A stretch of 49,538 nucleotides of DNA from Patescibacteria group bacterium (GTDB lineage: Bacteria > Patescibacteriota > Minisyncoccia > UBA6257 > GWB1-50-10), in the NCBI GenBank assembly GCA_030018585.1, contig JASEHZ010000002.1, forward strand, positions 1-49,538. Reading direction: 5' to 3'. Under the pieces are notes generated by a model, which had not been told where the DNA came from, did not search any database, and saw only the letters and a list, made by a program, of their open reading frames with translations. Below are positions 16,579 to 25,693 of this stretch, piece after piece. A program made the position numbers and the translations under genes. Within the stretch, counting starts at the first letter, position 1, and every line of letters starts with the position of its first letter.

Positions 16579-19047
16579 TTAAAGAATAAAAGCTTTCATC
16601 GATCCCCAATTTTTCCCTGATTTAGTTTCGATTTTCAGAGGAACAGATATTTTGTAGCAATTTTCCATTAGATTTTTAATGGAATAAGCTGCTTCAATAA
16701 GGATATCATCGCTGATTTCAAAGAGCAATTCGTCGTGAATTGTAAGCAAGGGTCTTGCCTTTTTTTCGAGCCAATTTTTTTTCTCTAGCATTAAAAAGCA
16801 TTCTATCATGGCTTTTTTTAATATGTCAGCACCAAGACTTTGAATCGGCATATTAATAGCCGCTCTTTCTTCGTCGCCACGGATATTGTTTTTCCCCGCA
16901 AGACCAAAAAAAAGTCGCCGGCGGCCATTTTCGTTTTTAACAAAACCGAAAGTTTGCGCTTCGGCTTTTATTCTTTCCTGCCAAGTTTTTATTTCTGGAA
17001 AATCATTGAAATACTTATTAATAAAAAGCTCCGCTTCTTCTAATTTTAAACCACTCGTTTTACTGAATGCTTTTGCGCCCATTCCATAGATAACGCCAAA
17101 ATTTAAAGTTTTAGCGATTCTTCTTGTTGTTGGCGTAACTTTATCAAGAGGAATATTAAAAACTTGGGAAGCGGTTAATTCGTGAATGTCTTTGTTTTTA
17201 AAAAAAGCGGCCTTTAATTTTTTGTCATTGGATAAATGAGCAAGTATTCTTAATTCCAGCTGTGAGTAATCGAATGATAAGAAAGAAAAACCTTCAGAAG
17301 CTTCAAAAGCCGACCTTAAATTTTTTGACCACTCCGATTCTTGAGGAATATTTTGTAGATTTGGCTTTTCCGAAGCAAGGCGGCCGGTTGATGTATTTGT
17401 CTGAAGGTAATTGGTGTGGATTTTCCCACTAGCATCAACGAGGTTGATTAACGGTTCGACAAAACCAGATTTGATTTTAAAAAGTTCTCGGCGCTCGAGA
17501 ATTAAACCGATAATCGGATGTCTGCTTTTTAGTTCGGTTAAAACGTCTTTGTCGGTTCGTCTTTGGCCAGAGCCAGTTTTTTTGGTAAGATCTTTTATTT
17601 TTAATTTTTCGAAAAGAAAAAGAGATATTTGTTTTGGCGAGTTTAAATTGAACTTTTCGCCACTTTGGGAAAATATTTGTTTTTGCAAAGTCTCAATTTT
17701 TTCCGCAAGAGTTTTATTTAAAGACTCAAGCAGTTTTTTGTTTACCCCAATTCCCCAATTTTCCATTTTTACCAGAACTCTAATTAGAGGCATTTCAAAA
17801 TCCAAGAATATTTTTTTAAGACCGTATTTTTCTAAATATTTATCCAAAACTTTGAAAAGTTCTTTTTGTAACGCAAGAACGTTTTCTTTTTCCAGCGGTT
17901 CGGGACAACCCCTTCCTAAAAAGGTTTTTGCCAAGACTTCTATAGAAAAATCGGTTTGGTCTGGATCAATAAGCCAAGCCGCGAGTTTAATATCGAAAAG
18001 CGGATTAATGGCTTCTATGTTTTGCTGGTCAAGATCTTTTAAAATACGCTTCCAGTCAAAAGTTACTTTTAGCAATTGTTCGTCTTTTAAGAGCTCTCTG
18101 TTTTTAAAACAATCATTGCTATTTTCAAAAAAAACAACATCCTCCCATTCTTTTTTGGAAGAGTTTTTGTTTTGAAGAGGCTTTTCTTCAAAAATTAGAC
18201 GATTTATTAAACTTTTAAAACCCAAATTTTCTAAAAACGTTAAGAGTGATTTCTCGTTAAATTTTTTGTAAATAATCTTTTCAAAAGAAATTTCTAAAGG
18301 AACTTGAGTGTTTATGGTAGCGAGTTTTTTTGAAAAGAAAGCCTGTTCTTTGTTATCAAGAATTTTTTTGTTCGCCAAATTTTTTGGTTCAAGTTTGTTG
18401 TAAAGATTTTCTAAGGTTTTGTACTCGTTTAGTAGTTTTGAAGCGGTTTTAGGTCCGATTCCTTTAACGCCGGGAATGTTGTCCGAAGGATCGCCAACCA
18501 ACCCTTTATAATCAATAAGCTGTCTTGGTTCAAGGCCGTAGCGGTTTTTAACCGCTTCCTCGTCATAAACAATCGTTTCGCTTATGCCCTTTTTCATTGT
18601 TCGGACAACTATTTTTTTATTTTCCACAAGTTGAAGAGCATCTAGATCGCCGGTTAAAATCTCAATTAAAAGTTCTGGCGTGTTTTTAAATTTATTTACC
18701 AAAGTACCGATAATATCATCGGCTTCGAAGCCCGGTCGTTCAAAAAAGGGAATGTTGAAATTATTGAAAAGTTCGTGGGCTTTAATTATTTGCCCGACTA
18801 ATTCATCAGCTGTTTTTGGTCGGTGAGCTTTATAGTCCTTAAACATCTCTTTTCTAAAACTTGGTTCTGGGCGGTCAAATGCCGCAACTATGTAATTTGG
18901 TTTATGGTCGTTTAAGATTTTTATAATTAGACTTGTTAAGCCATAAAGAGCGCCGACCGTTTCTCCTTTTGGCGAAGTAAGAGGCGGTAAGGCGTGAAAG
19001 GCTCTGTGGATTAGAGAATTGGCGTCAATGAGGAGTAGTTTTTTCAT
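16579..19047 (-). CDS. polA: DNA polymerase I
   Basis: A 5' nuclease N-terminus (LIDANSLIHRAFHA) is present. Pol motif A is DYSQLELRILAH, motif B is RRIAKTLNFGVIYG and motif C is IHDELLFE. Confidence 0.9.
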   Translation of the reverse strand: MKKLLLIDANSLIHRAFHALPPLTSPKGETVGALYGLTSLIIKILNDHKPNYIVAAFDRPEPSFRKEMFKDYKAHRPKTADELVGQIIKAHELFNNFNIPFFERPGFEADDIIGTLVNKFKNTPELLIEILTGDLDALQLVENKKIVVRTMKKGISETIVYDEEAVKNRYGLEPRQLIDYKGLVGDPSDNIPGVKGIGPKTASKLLNEYKTLENLYNKLEPKNLANKKILDNKEQAFFSKKLATINTQVPLEISFEKIIYKKFNEKSLLTFLENLGFKSLINRLIFEEKPLQNKNSSKKEWEDVVFFENSNDCFKNRELLKDEQLLKVTFDWKRILKDLDQQNIEAINPLFDIKLAAWLIDPDQTDFSIEVLAKTFLGRGCPEPLEKENVLALQKELFKVLDKYLEKYGLKKIFLDFEMPLIRVLVKMENWGIGVNKKLLESLNKTLAEKIETLQKQIFSQSGEKFNLNSPKQISLFLFEKLKIKDLTKKTGSGQRRTDKDVLTELKSRHPIIGLILERRELFKIKSGFVEPLINLVDASGKIHTNYLQTNTSTGRLASEKPNLQNIPQESEWSKNLRSAFEASEGFSFLSFDYSQLELRILAHLSNDKKLKAAFFKNKDIHELTASQVFNIPLDKVTPTTRRIAKTLNFGVIYGMGAKAFSKTSGLKLEEAELFINKYFNDFPEIKTWQERIKAEAQTFGFVKNENGRRRLFFGLAGKNNIRGDEERAAINMPIQSLGADILKKAMIECFLMLEKKNWLEKKARPLLTIHDELLFEISDDILIEAAYSIKNLMENCYKISVPLKIETKSGKNWGSMKAFIL

Positions 19048-19054
19048 AGAAATT

Positions 19055-19510
19055 TTAAAGAGTTTTAAATTGAATAATTCTTTCGTTTTTAGCCCTTCCG
19101 TGCTTGAAGAAGATAAGAAAAATTTTCTTCGGTAGCATTCCTTTTATTTTTTCAACCCATTCTATAAGAATTATGTTTTTAGGATCGTTGATGATTTTTT
19201 TAAGGCCAATAGTATTAAGCTCTTTTTGTTTTTCGATTCTATAAGCATCTACGTGGTAGAAATTTAAAAAACAATCTTTTGATTTTAGAGGATAAACGCG
19301 CATAATAACGAAGGTAGGACTTAAGATTTTGCTTTTTATTTTTAGACCTCTTGCGAATCCTTGAACAAAAGTGGTTTTGCCAGTACCTAAATTTCCTTGT
19401 AAACCGATAACAAGCCCGCTTTTTATTTTTAGTCTTTTCTTCAGTAGTTTTTTTGCAATTTTTTCAGCTAGTTTTTGAGTTGTTTGTTTTGACGTGCTTT
19501 TTATAATCAC
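19055..19510 (-). CDS. tsaE: tRNA t6A biosynthesis ATPase TsaE
   Basis: The P-loop is GNLGTGKTTFVQG, followed by SPTF and YHVDAYR motifs. Length is 151 aa. Confidence 0.75.
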   Translation of the reverse strand: MIIKSTSKQTTQKLAEKIAKKLLKKRLKIKSGLVIGLQGNLGTGKTTFVQGFARGLKIKSKILSPTFVIMRVYPLKSKDCFLNFYHVDAYRIEKQKELNTIGLKKIINDPKNIILIEWVEKIKGMLPKKIFLIFFKHGRAKNERIIQFKTL

Positions 19511-19586
19511 ATTTTAATTATACGCCAAAAACAACGTCTAAAACCAGCGTTTTTGCTGTTATTTTATCGCGCTTTTATCTAATTAG

Positions 19587-20585
19587 TTAAACCAAGGAAC
19601 GTTTTTCTGCCGTACCCAAGTGTTTATAAGCGAGAGGGGCGGCAATGCGTCCAGCTGGCGTTCTATTTAAGAGTCCGACTTTCATAAGAAACGGTTCAAG
19701 AACTTCTTCAATTGTTCCAACCTCCTCGTTTAATGAGGCACCGAGGGTTTTTAGACCAACCGGACCGCCGTTAAATTTTTTAATGATAGTTAAAAGGAGT
19801 TGCCGGTCGGTTTCTTCAAGCCCCAAAGAATCTATTTTAAGAAGTTTAAGGGTTTCGTGGACAACTTTTTCGTCAATATTTTTTAGCTTATTTACTTGGG
19901 CAAAATCACGGGCACGTTTTAAAAGACGATTAGCTACGCGGGGCGTGAAGCGGGAGACTTTGGCGAGCACGGTTGTTGCTTCGGGGGTAAGTTCAATGCC
20001 GAGAATTTTAGCGGAGCGCTCAAGAATTTTTTCAATATCTTCGTTTTGATAATAATCAAGTCTGAATGTTGCTCCAAAACGAGATCGAAGAGGTCCGGAC
20101 AATAGATTCGTGCGGGTAGTGGCAGCAATTATCGTAAAAGGCGGCAAATCAAGAGAAAAGGTTCTGGCTGACGGCCCCTTACCGACAATTAAATGAAGTT
20201 TGCGACTTTCCATGGCTGGATATAATATTTCTTCGGTCATTTTGTTTATTCTATGAGCTTCATCAATAAAAAGTATTTCATTCGGTTCAATATTAGAAAG
20301 TATTGCTGCCACGTCGCCGGCGCGTTCAAGGGCTGGACCGGAAGTTGATCGTATGTTGACGCCCATTTCTTTTCCAACAAGATAAGCAAGGGTTGTTTTG
20401 CCTAAACCGGCTTGGCCGTAAAACAAAAGATGGTCGCAATTTTCGTTGCGGCCCTTGGCAGCATCAATAATTAGACGCAAATTAGCTTTTACGTTTTCTT
20501 GGCCGACATATTCATTCCATTTAGTCGGCCTCAGAGTTAATTCAAGATTTTGATCATCTTTATTTGAATTAGTGATTTTTTTCAT
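19587..20585 (-). CDS. ruvB: Holliday junction branch migration helicase RuvB
   Basis: Motifs include LRPTKWNEYVGQE, Walker A GQAGLGKTTLA, Walker B LFIDEAHR and the winged-helix C-terminus. Confidence 0.95.
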   Translation of the reverse strand: MKKITNSNKDDQNLELTLRPTKWNEYVGQENVKANLRLIIDAAKGRNENCDHLLFYGQAGLGKTTLAYLVGKEMGVNIRSTSGPALERAGDVAAILSNIEPNEILFIDEAHRINKMTEEILYPAMESRKLHLIVGKGPSARTFSLDLPPFTIIAATTRTNLLSGPLRSRFGATFRLDYYQNEDIEKILERSAKILGIELTPEATTVLAKVSRFTPRVANRLLKRARDFAQVNKLKNIDEKVVHETLKLLKIDSLGLEETDRQLLLTIIKKFNGGPVGLKTLGASLNEEVGTIEEVLEPFLMKVGLLNRTPAGRIAAPLAYKHLGTAEKRSLV

Positions 20586-20627
20586 AGAATTTGTTAAAAT
20601 AGTAAAACTCTGGTTTCGTGTTAACTA

Positions 20628-20656
20628 TTGACAAATAAAATAATCTATGCTAAGCT
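20628..20656 (+). promoter_or_regulatory. candidate sigma70-type promoter reading into the 20692-20850 element
   Basis: TTGACA (20628-20633) is followed by a 17-nt spacer ending in TG-C (20648-20650), then TAAGCT (20651-20656). It points opposite to both flanking genes. Confidence 0.35.
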
Positions 20657-20691
20657 TTTTGTAGTTAATAGAAATGATTTTTTAGAACCTC

Positions 20692-20850
20692 TTTTAAGAC
20701 CTGTGGGCAAAGGGGTACTTTCTTAGAACTTTAGGGCTAACCTGGTTTTGACTGGGTAGTTCCTCGGAAATACCCTCCCTTTTCTGATGCTTTCAGAAAA
20801 GATTTCCACATAATAAGCCATTTCCGGCTTATTGCCCACAGATCTTAAAA
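20692..20850. repeat. 159-bp element framed by 19-nt inverted repeats; candidate structured RNA or MITE
   Basis: TTTTAAGACCTGTGGGCAA (20692-20710) pairs with TTGCCCACAGATCTTAAAA (20832-20850) with one mismatch in 19. The interior holds at least three local hairpins, including CTTTTCTGA-TGCTT-TCAGAAAAG and TAAGCC-ATTTCC-GGCTTA. Confidence 0.5.
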
Positions 20851-20883
20851 TTACGGGTTTTTCTTTTTATCTTGTTAATTTTT

Positions 20884-22554
20884 TTAAAAACAAGTAGTTG
20901 GCCCGGTTAGTCTTTCAATTTCGTCTTTGCTGGTGATGCCTTTTAATACTTTTAATATTCCGTCTTCTTGCATTGTAGTCATCCCTTGTTCTTTTGCCAA
21001 GTTCATAAGTTCAATTTCGGTCGGATTTTGATAAATTTTTTGTTCGATTTTTTCGTCAACCAAGAAAAGTTCAAAAATAGATGTCCGACCTCGATAACCT
21101 AAACCGCCGCACAGATCACAACCTTTCGTTTCAAAAATAGAGAAATTTTTGTAATTTTCTTTATTCACTCTCTTCGGAAGAGAGTTTAAAAAAGCGTTTA
21201 TTTTTATTTTTGTTTTTTCGTCAATTATTTTCTGCGTCTTACAATAAAGACAAAGAACCCTTGCTAATCTTTGGGCGATTACCAGGGAAAGAGCTGGTCC
21301 CAAAATTTGAGGTTTTGCGCCAAGATCAATAAGGCGTGGAATAGCGCCGATCGCGTCATTGGTGTGGAGCGTGGAAAAAACGATATGACCGGTTAGGGCC
21401 GCGTTCATGGCGATTTCGGCCGTTTCTCGATCGCGGATTTCGCCGACCAAAATTACATTCGGATCTTGCCGCAAAATAGATCTTAGACCGCTCGCAAAAG
21501 TGTAATTGGCGTCAGAATCAACTTGAGTTTGGGAAATTCCTGGCAGATGATATTCAATTGGGTCTTCAACGGTAATGATTTTTATTTCCGGTTTAAAAAC
21601 AAATTTAAGAAAAGCGTAAAGCGTAGTTGTTTTACCCGAACCAGTGGGTCCCGTGTTTAAAATAAGTCCGTTCGGTTTTTTAATTCCAGCTTTAACGATT
21701 TCAAGATCGTCTTCGCGCCAGCCCAAATCTTCCAAATTAACTTTTAGAGCGAGCGGATCGAGCAAGCGCAAAACAATAGTTTCGCCGTATTCAGAAGGAA
21801 TAACCGAAGTCCTTATTTCTATGTCGCGGTCTTTTAAGTCAATAGTGAATCGGCCGTCTTGAGGTTCATCAATAATATTGAGTTTTAAATTCGACAGAAG
21901 TTTTATTCTGGTGACGATTGAGTGATAGGTTGGATGGGAAAACTCTTCATAAGCCGTATGAAGCAAGCCGTCTATGCGAAGTCTTAGTTTGTTGGCTTCA
22001 GCTGACGGCTCTAAATGGATATCGGACGCTTTTAAAGCTAGGGCGCCGGCAAGGATAATTTCCGAAATCTGAGAAACTAAAGAACCCTTAAAATCTTTTA
22101 TAGTAGTTGTAAACGATTGAAGATTTTTAATAGAAGCTAAGAGTGTTTGTAGGTTTTGTTCGTCAATTTCAACTCGGCCGCTTATTTCTTTGGCGTCATC
22201 AACTACATATTGATAATAACTCCAGGCATGTTGAAGACCAGTTAACGACGTGATGACAATTTGGACTTCATAATTCTTTTTTAAGTCTTCAATAATTTTT
22301 TTAGCTTCTGGTTTTTCCGGATTAAAACAAGCAACGAGCAGTTTTTTTCTTAAAAGCTGGAGCGGCACAAGAAAAGCTTTGCGCGCTTCTTGTTCGGGTA
22401 CGAGTTTCATGGCTTTTATTTCTGTAGGAACTTTTACGGATATTAAATCAAGATAGGAGAGGCTAAATTGGTTAGCGCGGCGCTTAGCGTCATTTTCTTC
22501 GGCTAATTTTCTTTGTTTTGCAAGTTGTTCGTCCAAGTCTTTAGTTTGGAACAT
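20884..22554 (-). CDS. GspE/PilB-family type II secretion / type IV pilus assembly ATPase
   Basis: Walker A is GPTGSGKTTTLYA. Asp and His boxes are present, and the C-terminus has Cys pairs (CLYCK, CDLCGGLGYRGR). Confidence 0.9.
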   Translation of the reverse strand: MFQTKDLDEQLAKQRKLAEENDAKRRANQFSLSYLDLISVKVPTEIKAMKLVPEQEARKAFLVPLQLLRKKLLVACFNPEKPEAKKIIEDLKKNYEVQIVITSLTGLQHAWSYYQYVVDDAKEISGRVEIDEQNLQTLLASIKNLQSFTTTIKDFKGSLVSQISEIILAGALALKASDIHLEPSAEANKLRLRIDGLLHTAYEEFSHPTYHSIVTRIKLLSNLKLNIIDEPQDGRFTIDLKDRDIEIRTSVIPSEYGETIVLRLLDPLALKVNLEDLGWREDDLEIVKAGIKKPNGLILNTGPTGSGKTTTLYAFLKFVFKPEIKIITVEDPIEYHLPGISQTQVDSDANYTFASGLRSILRQDPNVILVGEIRDRETAEIAMNAALTGHIVFSTLHTNDAIGAIPRLIDLGAKPQILGPALSLVIAQRLARVLCLYCKTQKIIDEKTKIKINAFLNSLPKRVNKENYKNFSIFETKGCDLCGGLGYRGRTSIFELFLVDEKIEQKIYQNPTEIELMNLAKEQGMTTMQEDGILKVLKGITSKDEIERLTGPTTCF

Positions 22555-22636
22555 TATATTTAAAGCCTAACTTAAGCGCGTCTAATTTGCAAGGTAAAAG
22601 CTAGGTTTTTAAAGGTCTTCTTGGTCAATTTTACTA

Positions 22637-22664
22637 TTGACTTTTAAAGTGTATATGGTATAAT
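22637..22664 (+). promoter_or_regulatory. near-consensus sigma70 promoter for the 22709 gene
   Basis: TTGACT (22637-22642) is followed by a 16-nt spacer ending in TGG, then TATAAT (22659-22664). This is an extended -10 about 45 nt upstream of the ATG. Confidence 0.55.
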
Positions 22665-22708
22665 ACAAGAAGTTAATTTAAATGATAGTTTAATATAAGG
22701 AATTTGTT

Positions 22709-23518
22709 ATGAAAAACTTTGTGTTTTTTCTTGTAATGATTTTTGCACTTACTGTATCGGTAAATGCTCAAATTGAATTTGGCATCAAAGTTACCCTTGA
22801 TCCGGACGGCGCTCTAAAAAGACTTGGGATTGGACAAGGAACAGATGTAATTATTGAAAATAACAATCCGTTTTATGCCAGATTATTTTCTGGAAATAAG
22901 CTTGTTGGGGTTTTGGTTCCTGGTCAAACTGCGATTGCGCGTAATATTACAACCGGATTTGATCAGACACCGTTAGCGTTAGTGGCAAAAATGTATTCTG
23001 ATGAAAATTATCAGAATTTCGTTGGTGCATCAGGTATAATTATTTGGATAAATGGAAACCCAGCTTATTCAGGAGATCGTGTAAAAAGATGGGTAATTGA
23101 TTTTGGAGCCATTACTTTTGTTGATAACAGGTATTCTTATTATCAAAACGGGTATGGAAATCTTGCGTATCCGTTTCCGAAAAATATGAGTCCAATCTTA
23201 ATAAAGCTTCCGACCTTGCCTTTGAGATCTATTACTGAGTGGCAGTTTGTTAATGTTACTTTGTATGATGCAGTAATCGAAATAAGCGGAGTGCCGGTTG
23301 TTAGATTGGCTTCTGGTGCAATCTATTACGATTGGAAAGCAAATGATAGAAGCTACGAGCTGCAAGCTCAGATAGTAGTAAGATTTTGTCAGGGTGATTT
23401 GCAGATTGGCCGTTGGGATGGTGGCAGTTTTGAAATAGCGGCTGGTGGAAATCTAAATTCTCATCCGCATGCTCTCCAGTATCTGTTGGGTCCTGATAAA
23501 AATCAGCGACCGTATTAG
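22709..23518 (+). CDS. secreted protein of unknown function
   Basis: It has a signal peptide (MKNFVFFLVMIFALTVSVNAQ), its own strong promoter and its own terminator. No recognised motifs. Confidence 0.6.
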   Translation: MKNFVFFLVMIFALTVSVNAQIEFGIKVTLDPDGALKRLGIGQGTDVIIENNNPFYARLFSGNKLVGVLVPGQTAIARNITTGFDQTPLALVAKMYSDENYQNFVGASGIIIWINGNPAYSGDRVKRWVIDFGAITFVDNRYSYYQNGYGNLAYPFPKNMSPILIKLPTLPLRSITEWQFVNVTLYDAVIEISGVPVVRLASGAIYYDWKANDRSYELQAQIVVRFCQGDLQIGRWDGGSFEIAAGGNLNSHPHALQYLLGPDKNQRPY

Positions 23519-23531
23519 TTAAGTGGTATTT

Positions 23532-23564
23532 GTCCCGTTTCGCAAGAAACGGGACATTTTTATT
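23532..23564 (+). terminator. intrinsic terminator
   Basis: GTCCCGTTT-CGCAAG-AAACGGGAC is followed by ATTTTTATT, 14 nt after the stop at 23518. Confidence 0.7.
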
Positions 23565-23598
23565 GCTTTCAAGGGTTGTCAAAACTACAATTAGATTA

Positions 23599-24546
23599 AT
23601 GCCAGAATTACCCGAGGTTGAAACAATTGTTCAAGGGCTCAACAAAAAAATAAAAAACAGGATTATTGAAGATTTGTGGACTGATTGGCCTAAGTATTTT
23701 CAATTACCGAAAAGCAAAATAGCTTTTTTAAACCGTGTAAAAAATAAGAAAATTTTGAATGCTGAAAGACGAGGTAAAAATATTTTATTTAATTTATCTA
23801 ATAATTATATTCTTTTGATCCATCAAAAATTAAGCGGTCATTTAATGGTCGGTAAATGGCAATATTTCCCAAAAGGCTTTAAAGCGTCAAAGTCAAATTC
23901 AAAATTAAATATTGCTTGGCGGGGGGCAAAATGGATACCTAGCAATAAAAACAGTTCAATTGCCGAGCCAATAAATAGATTTATCAGGCTTATTTTCTTT
24001 TTAAATGATGGTAATATGATTGCGCTTTCTGATTTGCGGAGATTTGCTAAGGTTTTGTGTGGACCAAAAAAAGAGATTTTAAATTTGCCGGAAATCAAAA
24101 ATTTAGGATCTGATCCGTTAGATTTAAAATTTACTTTTAAAAGATTCAAAGAAATTTTTAAGCCGTTGGCTAATAAGAAAAAAGGAAAAATCAAGCAAAT
24201 TTTAATGGATCAGACTTTTATAAGCGGCATTGGCAATATTTATGCTGATGAAATTTTATGGGAAGCAAAAATTCACCCGTTAACTAAAATTAGGAAGCTA
24301 AACATAAAAGATTTTCAAAGAATTTTTACCGCAATAAAGAAAATTTTAAAAAAAGCAGTTCAATTGCGCGGCACTTCAATTGATGATTACCGCGATGTCT
24401 CGGGCAAAAAGGGCAATTATAGCAAAGAACTTAAGGTTTATCAAAAAGAAAATGATTTTTGCAGGCGTTGCGATGCTAAAATAAAAAGAATTGCAATAAA
24501 TAATCGTTCTTCGCATTATTGTCCCAGATGTCAGAAATTAAAATAA
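23599..24546 (+). CDS. mutM: formamidopyrimidine-DNA glycosylase (Fpg/MutM)
   Basis: The N-terminus MPELPEVETI carries the catalytic N-terminal Pro. The C-terminus has a zinc finger, CRRC-x16-CPRC. The ORF-track start at 23530 runs through the upstream terminator, so I rejected it. Confidence 0.85.
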   Translation: MPELPEVETIVQGLNKKIKNRIIEDLWTDWPKYFQLPKSKIAFLNRVKNKKILNAERRGKNILFNLSNNYILLIHQKLSGHLMVGKWQYFPKGFKASKSNSKLNIAWRGAKWIPSNKNSSIAEPINRFIRLIFFLNDGNMIALSDLRRFAKVLCGPKKEILNLPEIKNLGSDPLDLKFTFKRFKEIFKPLANKKKGKIKQILMDQTFISGIGNIYADEILWEAKIHPLTKIRKLNIKDFQRIFTAIKKILKKAVQLRGTSIDDYRDVSGKKGNYSKELKVYQKENDFCRRCDAKIKRIAINNRSSHYCPRCQKLK

Positions 24547-24547
24547 A

Positions 24548-25354
24548 ATGATTATTTTTTTATACGGTCCAGATTCTTATCGGCGGAATTTAAAACTTCG
24601 CGAGATATTAGGATCTTACCAAAAAAAATACAGTGAAACTGATATTATTTCTGTTGATTTAAGCGAAAACAATGATTGGTTTAAAATCCGGGATTTTTTA
24701 AATCAGCCATCGATGTTCGTTGATTCAAAAATCGCTTTAGTGAAAGAAAGCGATTTTGTAGATGATAAGGGATGGTTTGAGGTTTTAAAAAGCCAGCTTA
24801 AAACCCCAAAAACATTTTTAATTATTTCCGACAAGAACGAACCAAAAAAAGAAACAAAATTTCTTTTGGAAAAACCCGTTCAATTTCAATTTTTTGAGGA
24901 ATTAGAAGACCGCTTACTTGAATTTTTTATAAAAAAAGAAGCAAATGCCAGAAAATTAATTTTTAGCGGAGAGGCGTTAAAATTTTTTGTAAAATATATA
25001 AACAGTTTTAATGAGCGAAGTTGGCTTGCGATCAATGAATTGGAAAAAATATCGTTGGCTAATTTTAAAAACCCGATTACCCTTCAAACTTTAAAGCTTG
25101 CTATCTATTGGTCTGCAACATTTGAAGTTTTTAAAATTGCGCGGGAAATAATTTCTTACAAGACTGTTAAAGAAAGAATAAGGTTTTTAGAGCGCGCTTT
25201 TTTGCAGGGCGTTTCAGCAGCTTATTTGTTTAATTCTCTTGGTTTTCAGGCAAGGGGAGATACGCTTCTGCGTTTAGCGGATTATGATGTTGCTGTAAAA
25301 AGCGGCAAATTAGATTACGAGGAAGCGCTTCTTGATTTTGCAATTAGGTTTTAG
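24548..25354 (+). CDS. holA: probable DNA polymerase III delta subunit (HolA-like)
   Basis: The N-terminus MIIFLYGPDSYRRNLKLREIL and the 268-aa helical C-terminus resemble short HolA proteins. The assignment is tentative. Confidence 0.45.
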   Translation: MIIFLYGPDSYRRNLKLREILGSYQKKYSETDIISVDLSENNDWFKIRDFLNQPSMFVDSKIALVKESDFVDDKGWFEVLKSQLKTPKTFLIISDKNEPKKETKFLLEKPVQFQFFEELEDRLLEFFIKKEANARKLIFSGEALKFFVKYINSFNERSWLAINELEKISLANFKNPITLQTLKLAIYWSATFEVFKIAREIISYKTVKERIRFLERAFLQGVSAAYLFNSLGFQARGDTLLRLADYDVAVKSGKLDYEEALLDFAIRF

Positions 25355-25614
25355 CTTGTTGAAGCGATTTTTTTTGACAAGCGAGATTTTAATCGGTTTG
25401 CTTTGCCGGGCTTGATTAAATCCACTTTCGCCATTTTATCCAAAGTTTTATAAACAAGAGAAAGTTGTTTTTTGATTTCTTCTTTATTTCCGGCTGCAAG
25501 CGTTTTTTTGTATTCTTTAATAACGCCTTTTAATTTTTTCTGGCGTTCAATGTTTCTATTATAACGGCGGATATTTTGGCGCAAAGCTTTTTTTGCTGAT
25601 TTTATTCTAGGCAT
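25351..25614 (-). CDS. rpsT: 30S ribosomal protein S20
   Basis: The protein begins MPRIKSAKKALRQNIRRYNRNIERQKKLK. The start is placed at the internal ATG (25614) of the ORF-track ORF. Confidence 0.85.
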   Translation of the reverse strand: MPRIKSAKKALRQNIRRYNRNIERQKKLKGVIKEYKKTLAAGNKEEIKKQLSLVYKTLDKMAKVDLIKPGKANRLKSRLSKKIASTS

Positions 25615-25693
25615 TTGAATTAAATTATAAGGCCGTGCGCGGCCCAAAGTCAAATTCGACGCTTATTATAGTCTTGTTATAATAAAAACAAGA

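Noticed and set aside
17411-18175. A 254-aa plus-strand ORF.
   Set aside because: It lies entirely antisense inside polA, whose motifs are unambiguous. The translation is low-complexity and Ser/Phe/Lys-rich, as expected from the reverse frame of an AT-rich gene.
20692-20850. Identifying the element as RNase P RNA, SRP RNA, tmRNA or 6S RNA.
   Set aside because: It has no GGAAAGUCC or ACAGAA-N-GGCUUA motifs and is too short for RNase P RNA. It has no GGAA/AGCA helix-8 motif for SRP RNA. It has no tRNA-like ends or tag frame for tmRNA. It is not a single long bulged hairpin as 6S RNA is.
23530-23598. The ORF-track N-terminal extension of mutM.
   Set aside because: The extension is translated from the upstream terminator hairpin. 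Fpg chemistry also needs Pro as the first residue after Met, which the ATG at 23599 provides.
24113-24121. A 9-nt match (CCGTTAGAT) to the E3 arm inside mutM.
   Set aside because: It has no inverted partner at a suitable distance and lies in coding sequence. This is consistent with chance.
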